DNA from: Octopus bimaculoides
Taxonomy: Eukaryota
Assembly (NCBI RefSeq): GCF_001194135.2
Contig: NC_068986.1
Location: 44,918,132 to 44,972,664 of the forward strand
DNA: 54,533 nt
Direction: 5' to 3'
Each line of letters begins with the position of its first letter. Position 1 is the stretch's first letter. The position numbers were made by a program, and so were the translations under genes. Below, piece after piece: positions 1 through 12,959 of the stretch. The notes under the pieces are model-generated. The model was not told the DNA's origin, made no database searches, and worked only from the letters and a program-made list of their open reading frames with translations.

Positions 1-385
1 TAGCAGCTACACTTTCAGCGCACCCTCTCCCACTACTAACTTGGTCACCTAGATAGCGGAAGCTATCAACTACCTCTAGTTTTTCTCCCTGGAATGAGAC
101 AGAAGTTGTTTCCTGTTTGTTTACAGTTTTTATTGCACCTGAACATCTGCCACATACAAAAAACTAACTTCCTAGTTAACTTGCCTTTGATATTGCTGCA
201 CCTCTTATGTGTCCATAGCTTGCACTGGGTACATCTTATAGAGTTTCTACCTACACCTTTTCTACAGATCGAGCAGGGTCATCTACCTGGAGGGGTCTGT
301 GTTTTGTCTACCTTCCTACTTATTAGAACTTTGGTTTTAGCTAAGTTGAAATCACAGTGAGTTATTGTCAGATATCCTGAAGTTT
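1..385 (-). mobile_element. Decayed non-LTR retrotransposon ORF2 fragment (RT C-terminal part with a Cys/His cluster), RTE-like; runs off the window start
   Basis: Minus-strand reading gives NLAKTKVLISRK..PCSICRKGVGRNSIRCTQCKLWTHKRCSNIKG..CGRC..LEVVDSFRYLGDQVSSG, with a stop and a frameshift; KTKV and F-x-YLG are late RT motifs. Confidence 0.85.
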
Positions 386-2227
386 AACTATTGAAGTAAG
401 TTGGAAGGTTTTATTTGCAATATTTTTTCCATATCTGTAGCATGAATAGAAACAAAAATCTCTTAGGACACAAAATGAAAATGCAAGTATCTGGTGCATA
501 TATATGTATGCAAGTATATGCACCAGTTTAGTTTGACAATATAGTAAACAAATTTAGAAAATTATCAATCATTCATATGGATGATTTTTTTTATTGAATA
601 TTCTTTCTCGTTTTTTCAAGAAAGTGAAAGATAATACAAAATCCAAGTTCATTTTATTTTCATCTAAGCAAATTACTCTCAGCTAAAATTTTAACTAATA
701 GAAGTAAAATCTGTCAACTGACCAAGCAGGTCTAAGTTTAGCTTTTCTTAATTGTCAAGATCCAATTGAGCAAAACATATCTGCAGCAGTCACCTTGTTT
801 GATAACAAAAATCAAATTTCCATCAAAGCATGTGAATTAATTTGATGGAAAAGGTTAATTTCTTGAAATTATCTTGCCATGTTTTACTGTTTTAAGAGTT
901 GCTAACAGCACTAGATTTTTATTTTCTTCCTCCAACTCAGATATAAATGTCAAATAACTGAGAATTTTTTGCTTCCATCAGGACTCTATAATTGAGTCCT
1001 ATAGGTATTAGTTTGTTTCCTATGTACAATACCACCAAATTAATTTCGAAGTCAGAAATCCAAATCCACCCTTATTTGATTGCCTTATTGTACAAGACTC
1101 ATTACTCAGCTTCCGTATTTTTCAGTAGTTTCTCATATCCCCTTCTCTAGATAAGCATCAATTTTAATATTTTTAGGGAGAAGGTAAAGTGCAATAATTG
1201 TGACATTGGTCACACGAGAGAAACAGTTACAACTAAGATTCAAAAATGTGTTAGAGACTTAATTTCTATTCTACAGTGCTTGCATATATTTAGTTTACCT
1301 AACTGAAGAATGGGTAATATTTGTGAAGAATAGGTGCAAAATCCAACCCATCTGTATGCATGTGTGTATGTAAGCAATTTGTCATTTTTACAGAAGCAAG
1401 AGCTGTGAAATTGATATTTGCCAGTAACAAGTTTAAAACCTGCTATTGTTTGATTCAAATCCTGTCAAAATCAATTTAGCCTTTCATCCATTTGGGATTA
1501 ATAAAATAGATATTAGGCTGACTAATATAAAGCAGATGCAGTTGTAGGAGTGAGAATGTTCAAGTGATTAGGTGATACCTTGATGTAGGAGCTTTGAACT
1601 GAAATCATTTGCTACAGATTAACATCTTATCCAAAAAAGACATTCCTGTCTTTCCATCATTTAACCCTTTTAATACCAACCCACCTAAGACCATCCACAC
1701 TAAAGTACTCATATTTAGATTTAAATTTCAATCAAAATCTCATTATAACTTGAATGATATTATGTCGTTACAGCTGGAGAATAACACTAACATAATGTAC
1801 ACAAATATATAAAGTTAACAAGTATTTTACTAAACCTCTCCCAAATGTTGATTATGTTGTAAATTAATTGAAACACAGGCAGCTTACTCATTAGAAATGT
1901 AGTCACAAAAGTGTTAAAGCTATAAAGCGATGCACAAATTATAACTTTAAGAGCAGTTCTTTGCTCATAGAAGTAAATGAAAAAAACAGAAGGAGAAGGA
2001 GAAAGAGGAGGAGGGAGATGTTAGCACACACACACACACACACACATACCTACTGAATTGTTAAATGGAAGATGTTTCAATATACATACACATTTGTAGA
2101 ACAGAAAATGAAACAGAAAATTAATGAAGGTAGAACTGACATTCCTTGGTTCACAATAATAAACTGTATTTAATGTCTTAAAATGATAGTCTAATAGCTA
2201 TTTCTCATTTACATTTAAGTTCAACAA

Positions 2228-2416
2228 TCTTGAAGGGAGGTGGTTAGTTGATTACATCAGCCACAGTACTTGACTGTTATTTTATTTTATCAAAATCAGA
2301 TGGATGTAAAGCAAAGTTAACTTTGACAGGATTTGAACTCAGAATGTAAAGAGCCACAAATACAGCAAAGCATTTTTTTTTATCTCTATATACTCTAACA
2401 ATTCTCCCAATCTACA
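2228..2416 (-). mobile_element. tRNA-derived SINE, family A (decayed)
   Basis: Reverse complement matches the family A copies at 7885, 13151 and 36436 (ttctgagttcaaat, aactttgc motifs). Confidence 0.7.
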
Positions 2417-2420
2417 ACCC

Positions 2421-4415
2421 TTATGGTGTGTCTTTCTCTGTAAGTCTGCAGTGAAGCTCCATGTCTCACATGCATACAAGGTGAAAAATATCAGTACATA
2501 CAAGAGATTAATCTTGGTTTTCATGATGATGTTTCTATCCTCCATATTGGTTTGGTCAGTTTGGTTAGTGCAATGACAGTCTCTGGAGTTCTTGTAAGGA
2601 TTTCTACTATTGATACTGTATCATTAATGATTGCCTCCAGCACTAATCTCTCCTTAACTGCACAAGTGTTCATGTACACTCATTTCATAGCCAGCACATA
2701 AAAGAAATTAATATGTTCACAAAAAATTAATGTCTGACAAAAAAGTTAGTTGCCTAAAATAGTGTAATAATTAATATTAATTGTATACTCAATGGACACA
2801 TACTTTAGTCATGAAAAACATTTACACAATGTAATGTTTTTGAGTACACTGACAATAAGAAGGAACATTAGAACAACCCATTCACCCACATAGACAGATA
2901 TCTGTACTATCTCTAGTTTCTGTCCTTGGACAGATCGCTTGCTGTGATGACACTATTAGCATTTATCATGAATTTGATTTTTCAGCACTGACTTTCATTC
3001 CAAGCTTAGTGGAGGCTCTGTCAAGTTGAATGTCTAAGTCTACTGATTCATCTCTTTCTTTCAACTGGTGAATGTCATCAGCAAATCTTTGATGATAACT
3101 GTACTTTTATGATCCTTGAAGACATTACTTAAGATCTGCACTAAGACAACATTGAAGAGAGTGCAGACCAAAATGTTACCCTGACAGACTTCCATTGGTG
3201 ACATGGAACCACCCAACAACGTGACCTTGTGTGAGTATTACACTGGTTGCCTAGATATAAAGATGCTGGAACAAAAAAGTTAGCTTTTTCCCACCATGAA
3301 ATCCTTCATAGGGGCTCATAAAGCATCATGTCAGACTCTATCAAATGCCTTCCTGAAGTCTATGAAGTCATAACTCTCTTCAGTACTGACTGTACTCCTT
3401 GCAGAGGATGCAAAGGTTGAAGATCTGCTCTCTAGAGCTTCTACATTTGTAGAAGTCAACTTGTTCTTTGATAATATCTTCTATTGAAGTTTCAGTCTAT
3501 TCAGAATGTCTCTAAATCTTACCTTGCTTGCATGACTAATCTTGATGGTATGATAATTTTGGCATAATTGAAGACCACCTTTCTTGGGGAGTACTATGAT
3601 CAGTGACCAAGTCAAATGTGTTGGCTACTCACCAGCCTGCTACATCTTATTACAGCAGATTGTGAGGATGTCTATTGTAGCCTCTCATCTGTACTTTAGC
3701 AGTTTAGCTGGGATGTTGTTAATTCCTATTAACTTTCCAACTTTCAGTAATCCTACAGTAGCTTTGACTTCTTATAGTGTGATTGTGTAAATATCCCTGT
3801 TTGAAAATTACTGTACATTCAACAGTTCAGATTTGTGATGGCTTTCTCCAAAATTTCACTTATATTCATTAAGGTAATGTTTAACTTGCTTATAGTAGTC
3901 TCAAGATTATTTTCACGAAGAGTGGTGATACAAATTTCCCTCTAAGTATTGTTACTTGAAGTTCTTCAAATATTAGTTGTACTTTTTTTAAAAGTTTAAT
4001 GAGTCAAATCCAAGCCAGTTGCTTTAGACTAGTTGATTCTCCTCAAGTGCAGTTCGAAGATTGTCCTGATATTGTCATGTTCACAACCTACATTTGCTCT
4101 TGAGAATGTCCTCGTCTTTTGCTTTGTTTACTCTATTTTTGTACCAACTTTCTATTAAAATATAATAACTCTAGTGACACAATCTGTTGGGTTAAGTTGG
4201 GTCCATGCATAGGCTAGTTTATGCTTACAAAGGCTATATGACAAAAACACAGTCTGTTATAACTGGCAAACTCCTGTAGATACAGTTCCCTCTCATAAGA
4301 GGTACAATTGCACGAAGACAATAAAATCAACCAGCTCAGTCATCTTCTACTTCCATACCCACTTTGGCATTCCAGTCACCCTGTATGATGAGTGTCTTTC
4401 TTGACTGTCTTGTTA
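2421..4415 (-). mobile_element. Decayed RTE-clade LINE (endonuclease, RT and C-terminal region)
   Basis: Minus strand: GDWNAKVG endonuclease motif near 4360-4380, FIDFRKAFD RT motif near 3340-3365, LYACETW C-terminal motif in ORF 2339-2545; many stops. Confidence 0.85.
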
Positions 4416-4439
4416 ATGATGTTTTCACACCCAAAAAGA

Positions 4440-4808
4440 TGAATGACATTGCCACCCTCGGCAGAATTTGTATTTGGAATGTAAAGATTACCTGATGCGC
4501 TAATGATTCTGCCAGCTCGCCATGTTAATGTTCTCTAATACTAATATGAGTTTGTTGTTATAATTCTGTAAATTTGAGACTTAGTTAGACAAAATTTGAA
4601 ATTGTATGGTCCTATGTTTGAGTGCTGTCGTATTCTTTAGATTTAAGAAGCATTTTTATTGTGCTACGTGTTATCTTAAGGTGTTGATAGTGACCCATCT
4701 TTGTCAAGCACCTCAAATAAAAAATTTTTTAAATAAAATAATCTTGTTATTGGAGTGTCACATTTGACATGTATTTTAGTTTCAAGTAAATGCTTATAAA
4801 TAAGCAGC
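4440..4808 (-). repeat. Left copy of an inverted duplication (~290 bp non-SINE segment plus family A SINE head)
   Basis: Reverse complement aligns with 7590-7990, e.g. gtgacccatctttgtcaagcacctcaaata vs tatttgaggtacttgacaaagatgggtcac. Confidence 0.85.
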
Positions 4809-6277
4809 CCCATGATGAGTTGTTAATTTCCAAGCAAGCTTCTTACCACACAGCCATGCCTGTAAAATGTTTGAAACATCAATTGATGATGTCTGCCATT
4901 TTTAAGTGTTAGTATCACCCCACTATCATGGTTATACCCACCAGCTGACATAGTTTATGAATGTATGGCACTTAGATAGGCACATGAAAGATTAGGGAGA
5001 TGGATTAGGACCACTGATGCCCATCTACCTGAGAATTAAAGAGCACCATTTCAGGAATTTAAACTCATTATGACAAAATTAATTAATTATGCAAAACAGT
5101 GGAAAACAACATCAACAATATATAGCATGAACAACAGCATAACAAGAACAAGTTTGCTTTGATGCTGTGATTTCACCAATGTCTTATATGTTCAATTTGG
5201 TACTATGACTTTGCCAGTACGCAACACTAAACAAAAATAATGAAGAGTTGAAAATAGATGATGAGAAATTCACAAAAAAAAAAAAAAAATTACAAATTGC
5301 TTTTAGAAGCAGAGTGACTTGGACAAACAAAACTAGAAATTTTGATTTCTATTTTTAATACTGTCTCTCTTCCCATTTCTTTTTTTCCACAAATTTGGTT
5401 ATTTACATATTTATGTGAGGTTGTTCTTTCAGAAATGTCTTTCTTATTGCTTGTACACTCAACCAAAAGTACAACAGTATGAGTGGAACCTGTCAGACAG
5501 GCAGACTACCATCATCACCACCACCACCACAACCCTCCTCCTACTCCTCCTCTTTTTATGCATGCATAGACCAAGCAAAATATTTGGAGCAGTGCTTCCT
5601 ACAGCTGGATGCCCTCCTTAATTCCAGTCTAACAATACTAAAAATAAGAATTAAATGATGAAGAAGGGAATGTAGCCAATTGTAGCAGTATCAATATGCC
5701 AGAGATATATGTATAAATTATTTGAACTTGTTTTGCAAGAAACTTTATTTTTTTTTTAATTCATCATTTCCAAATTTGTACTCAACTAATTTAATTATTC
5801 TAAAATTCTTAATTTCTAAATTTACTCTGTCAATGAATAAGCAAATTGAAAACTAATATTTTGTTTTATAAATTTGTCATGTAAGCAAAATCAATGATCA
5901 AAAATATTTTCCCTATTTTAAACAGTAGCAATTTCAAAATTCTATGTAAACTGTGATTTCATTCCATTTAATTGCATTTACTTTTTAATTATCTAATTGG
6001 AATTTTCTTTTGTTTCTTATTCATTAATAATTTTTAATAAGTGTCAGTGCATGTTACAAGATAATTTTCCAGCAAAACCAATTCACTTTCTGACACTGAT
6101 CTCATCTGAAGCAGTTTTATTTCACTGATTTTTATAAAAATCTTAGGAAAGGCATGAGGCTCACAACATCTCATTTACTATTTTTAATCAAAGAAAATCA
6201 GTAACTGATCACACAAAGTAAGGCTGTAGAACATTAAATTTTAGTGTTGATATATTTAATGCATGTTACCTTTATTT

Positions 6278-6875
6278 TATACTTGTTTCAGTCATTAGAC
6301 TGTGGCCATGCAGTGGCACTGACTTGAGAAATTTTAGTTGAACAAATTGACCAGTATTTATGTTTTTTAAAGCCTAGTATTTATTCTATCATTTGCTTTT
6401 GCCGAACCACTAAGTTATAGGGATGTAAAGAAACTAACACTGGTTATCAAGTGATAGTGTGGGGACAAACACAGTCACACACATACCACATATGCACAGA
6501 TACACACACACACGTATGTATGTATGTTATAATTAAAGTTTAGATTTGAAATTTAAAATTTTAAATTTAGCATTCAAACTATATTTTGGGTATGTCTCTA
6601 ATAGTGTACTCACAGAGTACATTCACCTGACATCATCCACAGTAAATGCATAGCATACTCTGTCTTTCATATCAATTATTTAGAATACACACACACACAC
6701 ACAACAACAACAGTCTTCTTTCAGTTTCCATCTACCAAATTCACTCACAAGGCATTGGACAGCTCAAGGCTATAGTAGAAGACACTTGCCCAAGGTGCTA
6801 CACAGTAGGACTGAACCCAGAACCACATGGCTGGGAAGCAAAACTTCTTACCACACATTCATGCCTGTTGATATA
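6278..6875 (-). mobile_element. Composite SINE, family B/C (tRNA-like head, CORE-like accttgggcaagt segment, internal CA microsatellite, tail ending tgactgaaacaagta)
   Basis: Head at 6715-6875 and tail at 6278-6475 recur at 15012-15420, 17787-18165, 30105-30450 and 31545-31885. Confidence 0.75.
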
Positions 6876-7589
6876 TTTAATGTATGGAGCATTTAAATGT
6901 TAAACAAGCAAAAAAAGAAAAAGACTTCACTGATGGGGTTAGAATAGGAATGAAACATGTTCACAGTTTTCTTTTATGCTTTCAAAACAATTTAAATGTT
7001 ACTAGTTATTGACTAATCTTGCTTTTACATCATTGATTATTTATTTTTAATTAGCATTTGAAGGCTAACAAGTAAAATATTACTATTCGAAGACAAGTAG
7101 GTAATATTATATCTTTTTCTGACAAGTACGAAAGAAAACTGAACATATTTCAGTCCTATTCTGATCCCTTCGGCAAAGCTTATAACTCTCTTTGTCCATT
7201 TTTCATGGCTTAGTTGAAAGATGATGAGCAGTGTGTATGACTTTTATTAACTGAAATAGTGATGAATAAATCACTATATATACAAGATTGTACATTTGTC
7301 AGTGTAGGGAAATTCGAAGAAATTGTTTGAAAATTAAATAAATCAAAGACTGCACCCATGTGAAAAAACAGCAATTTTCAGGTGACATGTTGTAGACTAT
7401 GAAAATTCAAACAAACACACATTCCCTGCAACATCATATTATAAAAATCTTGCTAAATTTGAGAGGGTATTTTTAAAGTTTAGCAGTATTATTCTAAAAA
7501 AATTGTGTTTTGCAGTAATATCAAATGATGTGACACTATATATTATAATATGCAAATTTAAAGTTGCTTGGAAATTAACTTACCTTGAA

Positions 7590-7990
7590 GCTGCTTATCT
7601 ATAAGTATTTACTTGAAACTAAAATACATGTCAAATGTGACACTCCAATAACAGGATTATTTTATAAAAAAAATTTCATATTTGAGGTACTTGACAAAGA
7701 TGGGTCACTATCAACACCTTAGGATAACATGGGGCACAATAAAAATGTTTCTTAAGTCTAAGAATATGATAGCACTCAAACTTGGGATTACTAGATTTAA
7801 AATTTTGACCTATTATTAAGTATCAGGCTTATAGAATTAAAGAATTATAACAACAAACTCATATCAATATCAGAGAACATTAAGATGACGAGTTGGAAGA
7901 ATCATTACCATGCCGGAAAAAATGCTTAGCATTTCTTCCGACTTTTACATTCTGAGTGAAATGCCACTGGAGTCAACTTTGCCTTTTATT
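7590..7990 (+). repeat. Right copy of the inverted duplication
   Basis: See 4440-4808; homology continues into the SINE head at 7885. Confidence 0.85.
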
Positions 7991-8316
7991 TTTTCTGGAT
8001 TGATAAAATAAGTACTAGTTTAGCACTGGGGTCAATGTAATTGACTTACCCACTTCCTCAAAGTTGCTGGCCTTGTACCAAAATTTGAAACCAATATTGG
8101 GGAACATTAAAGGTAGAGGATTGGCTGAATCATTAGCATACCAGATAAAATGCTTAGCAACATTTCTTCTGGCTTTATATTCTAAATTCAAATTCTGCCA
8201 AGGTTTCCTTTGCCTTTCATCTTTTTCAGGCTTGATAGAATAAGTATCAGTTGAGTACTGGGGACGATATAACCGACTAACTCCTTTCCCCAAAATTTCA
8301 GGCCTTAGAAAGGAAC
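7885..8316 (+). mobile_element. Two head-to-tail family A SINEs (7885-8098 and 8110-8316)
   Basis: Both have the gaatcattagc..aaaatgcttagc head, a ttctga(g/a)ttcaaatt B-box-like segment and a ggcctt tail. Confidence 0.8.
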
Positions 8317-9920
8317 GTTTGAGAACATTATCCCAGTTTAATATCTAATAATATAAATATTTTCTTATTTGGATGTGATTTCAAAGCTGAGTTTAGTAAT
8401 ATGTTTGACGTTCATAAAGTAATTCTTAATACCATACAATTATTGTAAGGTAAGCTGTTGAATTAATGATCACATACTGTTAGAAGCCATGGCAAAGCAG
8501 ACACTGGAGTTTGGTGCAGTCCTCTTGCTCACCAGTATTTGATGAACCATCCAACTCAAGCCAGCCTTGCAAACAAGCTAAATGATGATGTTTTTTATGA
8601 ATTTAAATATTACTTTGCTACCATTGTGCTATTTTCCTGGAAAAGGGTCATAGCCATTTGAATCACTCTTCCCGACAATCAGGTTCCACTCCTATGTTAT
8701 GTTTAGCATTTGGAAGAGTATTTTTAAAAGAATTACTCCAGCAATATGCAAATATCCAAATTCACAAAACCTATTCCAACCACATAACCATACCAGAATA
8801 GATTAAAAACAAAAAAAAACAAAAAACAAAAAAAAGAAAATGTATGTCACTATATTATAAATAGAATTTATTAAAATATTACTGAGAAACTAATTAAATA
8901 TTATGCTGAAGTAGTATATATACTAATATTTATTAAGTAATTGCTTATGATGAAAATATGATGATGAAAAAGTATAATTTTTATAATGTTGATGAAGAAT
9001 AATGTTTTCTTCAAAACCTTCATATTTAGTTTCATGGTTTTCAGCATTTCAGAGATATTTGTGCCCCTAATTATGACACCAGTCTTTTGCAGAATGCATA
9101 TTCCCTTCACCTGAGTCAAAGCATCTAGAATTAAGTACATTGTCCAAAAACACAACAGAATGCTTGCAGCAGATTTGAACTTAGGGACCCCCAAACTAGT
9201 AGTTCATTCTTTTGTTACTCAGCTGCTATTTTGCCTCTAATGAGGTGACATAATAAACATTTCCATCACCAAATTCAAAAATCTATATGGAAAGATACAA
9301 AAATCAACATTCATTTCAGTTTAAAAACAACAAATTTCTTAGTGAAAATGAAAGGATTTAAATTAATTTATTTTTGCCTGAAATAGACCAAGGTTTAAAT
9401 ATGGAAGACAGAATGTTTCACATCTTGAAACCAAACATCTTTACTCAGTGTTGGTGAGGAAAGGAGCGAAAAATTTTCAAACCAACATCTAAAACAAATC
9501 AAATAAAAAGGGATACTAGTATTGATTCCGTTGTAGATCAAAAGCAAGTTTATTTACTTCAATTTTTTTTTTTTATTAATGGTTGGGTAAAGAGACCTGG
9601 TAAGAATAATATAATGGGTTGCTTGTTAATGGGTTGATGATTTATATCTCTTCACTAATACTACACTGTCCATGAGCAAAACACTTAACTATCACTGACT
9701 CCCTATCTAGCTGAACTACAGCTTGGTTGAGCACGAAGAATTCTTTACATTTGAACAACATTATTGATTGCAAGCAATTATAGTATCTGGCATTTGTTGC
9801 TACTCCTTTCAGTCATTCTGTTATCAGTAATTTTTTTGTTCTGCAAATTGATAATTTGGGTGCTATCAAGTTAACGAGTGCTTTGCTAGTTTGCAATGCT
9901 AAGTAGGTTCCAGTCTTCCT

Positions 9921-10125
9921 TTAACCCTTTAGCATTTAAACCAATCATATCTGGCCCAAATATACTACCTCATCTGGCTTCTCAGACCTATCCTACAATC
10001 TCATTCTAAAAATAAAGTCACATCATCAAAATCTCTAAGCTACAAGTCAGTGCATAATTAATTCAAAATAATGTGAATAAATAAGCATTACACTTGACAG
10101 AGTAATCTGAATGTTAAAGCTTTAA
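9921..10125 (+). mobile_element. piggyBac-like MITE (TTAA-flanked), uninterrupted copy
   Basis: TTAA-CCCTTTAGCATT start, AATGTTAAAGCT-TTAA end; homologous to 11994-12382 and 50190-51038. Confidence 0.75.
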
Positions 10126-10190
10126 GTTGGTAGCATAAAAGCATTCCATTGTTTTATTCATAAAAGTGTCAAAAATTGGTGGGATTGATG

Positions 10191-10240
<50 letters not shown>

Positions 10241-10540
10241 CCTTTCTACTATAAGTACAAGGTCTAAAATTTTGTGGAAGGGAGCAAGGCAATTAAATCA
10301 ACCTCAGTGCTTGACTGGTACTTTTTCATCAACCCCAAAACGATGAAAGGCTAAGTCGACCTTCTTGGAATTTAAACTCAGAACATGAAGACAGACAAAA
10401 TGCTGCCAAGCATTTTGCCCAGTGTAGAAACGATTCTGCCAACTTGTTGCCTTAATAATAATAATAATCCTTTCTACTATAGGCACATGGCCTGAAATTT
10501 TTGGGGAGAGGACTAGTCAATTTCATTGACCCCAGTGTAT
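10191..10540 (-). mobile_element. Two tandem family A SINEs with (ATT)n tails
   Basis: (AAT)n tracts at 10191-10240 and ~10455-10468 are each followed by cctttctactata; head gattctgccaacttgttgcc at ~10433-10452. Confidence 0.8.
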
Positions 10541-10566
10541 TTCTCTCTCTCTCTCTCTCTCTCTCT

Positions 10567-11481
10567 NNNNNNNNNNNNNNNNNNNNNNNNNNNNNNNNNN
10601 NNNNNNNNNNNNNNNNNNNNNNNNNNNNNNNNNNNNNNNNNNNNNNNNNNNNNNNNNNNNNNNNNNNNNNNNNNNNNNNNNNNNNNNNNNNNNNNNNNNN
10701 NNNNNNNNNNNNNNNNNNNNNNNNNNNNNNNNNNNNNNNNNNNNNNNNNNNNNNNNNNNNNNNNNNNNNNNNNNNNNNNNNNNNNNNNNNNNNNNNNNNN
10801 NNNNNNNNNNNNNNNNNNNNNNNNNNNNNNNNNNNNNNNNNNNNNNNNNNNNNNNNNNNNNNNNNNNNNNNNNNNNNNNNNNNNNNNNNNNNNNNNNNNN
10901 NNNNNNNNNNNNNNNNNNNNNNNNNNNNNNNNNNNNNNNNNNNNNNNNNNNNNNNNNNNNNNNNNNNNNNNNNNNNNNNNNNNNNNNNNNNNNNNNNNNN
11001 NNNNNNNNNNNNNNNNNNNNNNNNNNNNNNNNNNNNNNNNNNNNNNNNNNNNNNNNNNNNNNNNNNNNNNNNNNNNNNNNNNNNNNNNNNNNNNNNNNNN
11101 NNNNNNNNNNNNNNNNNNNNNNNNNNNNNNNNNNNNNNNNNNNNNNNNNNNNNNNNNNNNNNNNNNNNNNNNNNNNNNNNNNNNNNNNNNNNNNNNNNNN
11201 NNNNNNNNNNNNNNNNNNNNNNNNNNNNNNNNNNNNNNNNNNNNNNNNNNNNNNNNNNNNNNNNNNNNNNNNNNNNNNNNNNNNNNNNNNNNNNNNNNNN
11301 NNNNNNNNNNNNNNNNNNNNNNNNNNNNNNNNNNNNNNNNNNNNNNNNNNNNNNNNNNNNNNNNNNNNNNNNNNNNNNNNNNNNNNNNNNNNNNNNNNNN
11401 NNNNNNNNNNNNNNNNNNNNNNNNNNNNNNNNNNNNNNNNNNNNNNNNNNNNNNNNNNNNNNNNNNNNNNNNNNNNNNNNN
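10567..11481. other. Assembly gap flanked by (CT)n and (TA)n microsatellites
   Basis: Run of N. Confidence 1.
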
Positions 11482-11572
11482 ATATATACATATTTATATA
11501 TATATATATATAAGTATGACATATATATATATCATACATATATAGATATATATATGTATATGATATGTATAT

Positions 11573-11615
<43 letters not shown>

Positions 11616-11674
11616 TATATGATATATATATTGTATATAGATATGACACACACATATATATATATATATATATA

Positions 11675-11900
11675 CTAGCTGGTGTACCAGGTAATTCCCA
11701 GGGGTAAAGATGTTCTTTTGAAACGCCTTATTACACTGATATAAGAAACCAATTCCATTATAACTGCCATGAAAGGTGTATTTTCCGTCGTGAAAAAGTA
11801 CAAAAACTGCCAGCTATAAGAGGGAGAGATTGTTGAAGGTTGGCGAGAGAAGTTTTGAGAGGTTGGTGAGAAGATTAAATTCATGGGAGCAGAGTAGAAG
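11675..11900 (-). mobile_element. Probable decayed Helitron 3' end
   Basis: Reverse complement of 11674-11704 is cccctgggaattacctggtacaccagCTAG|T, a degenerate version of the hairpin-plus-CTAG end at 48697-48724; upstream extent uncertain. Confidence 0.45.
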
Positions 11901-11993
11901 AAGCGAATGAACAGAAGTAATATCTAGTGATCTGCCACTCATCCATTAATGCATTTTGTAAATGACCTGCAGATCTGGTCATTGGATTTTTTC

Positions 11994-12382
11994 TTAATCC
12001 TTTAGCATTCAGATTACTCTATCAAATGCAATACTTATTTATGTTGTTTTGAATTAATCATACATTATCCTGCAGCTTTGAGATTTCAATGATATGATTG
12101 TTTATTTTCAGAATGACATTTTAGGGTAGGTGTGAGAGGCAAGATTTGACTGGTTGGAACATAAAACAAGTAGAATATTTGGACTGAATATGGCCGGTTT
12201 AAATGCCAAAGAGTTAGGGGTGGACTGACAGTATTAAGGGCCCTTGGGTGTAACTGTTTACCCCGCCCCTTTGAATGTGTATTTTAGTAGAGTTAACATG
12301 TAGATTGTGGGCCCCACAGAACTCCGGGCCCTTGGGCAGTGCCTGATTGACCAACGGCTCAGTCTGCCCTGAAAAAAGTTAA
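11994..12382 (-). mobile_element. piggyBac-like MITE with a hAT-like MITE nested in its terminal repeat
   Basis: Reverse complement of the 9921-10125 family; the terminal TTAA lies at 12379-12382, after the nested insert. Confidence 0.7.
12215..12371. mobile_element. hAT-like MITE
   Basis: Ends taggggtggactga and tcagtctgccctg; flanks caaagagt and aaaaaagt match 6/8, as expected for an aged 8-bp TSD. Confidence 0.6.
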
Positions 12383-12574
12383 GGGAATTCAGAAACATAT
12401 GAGCATGGTTGCTAGATTAATTTCATTGATGTAATCAACTTAACATCCCACCAGAAAAAAGTAAAATTGCTGGTCTTGTGCCAAAATTTGAAACCATTCT
12501 TCTTCTTATTATTATTATTACTATTACTATTATTATTAACCTATATACCCTTGAAACTACTGAAGTCCAAGCTA

Positions 12575-12870
12575 GGTCTATTCTTGGTCCAGATCATCTT
12601 CATTGAAACTATGAACTGTCCTTGGAATGTTACTTTACCAATGACACCACTTCAAAATTTATTGGATGCTTGATTGTGAAATTCCTTTTGCTTGGTGGGC
12701 TTCAACAATGTCCACAGTTTTCCAGAACACTTCTTGAGAACATACTGAACAGTTCCATCTATTTCAAACTTAACCTTAATTTGAATGATGTGTTTGGTGG
12801 ATCTGTTTGAATCTCCTGAAACTGTCTTTGCACTTTGCATTTTCTAATCTTCAGTATTACTTTTGGATAA
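12575..12870 (-). mobile_element. Decayed Tc1/mariner (rosa/DD41D-like) transposase, N-terminal fragment
   Basis: Minus strand: VQRQF..TDPP, KFEIDGTVQYVLKKCSGK, GISQSSIQ*ILK, PRTVHSFNEDDLD; stops and frameshifts. Confidence 0.75.
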
Positions 12871-12959
12871 ATTTCCTTTGTTCAAAGCTTCATCTGGCTC
12901 CCTTCGTTATGTCTAATGGATTATGGCAGAGAGCAGGAAGAATCATTGGTGCTTTGGAC

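Noticed and set aside
10452-11653. Long ORFs of 339-376 aa (also at 30556-31041, 32327-32569 and 47517-48521)
   Set aside because: Artefacts of N gaps and microsatellites
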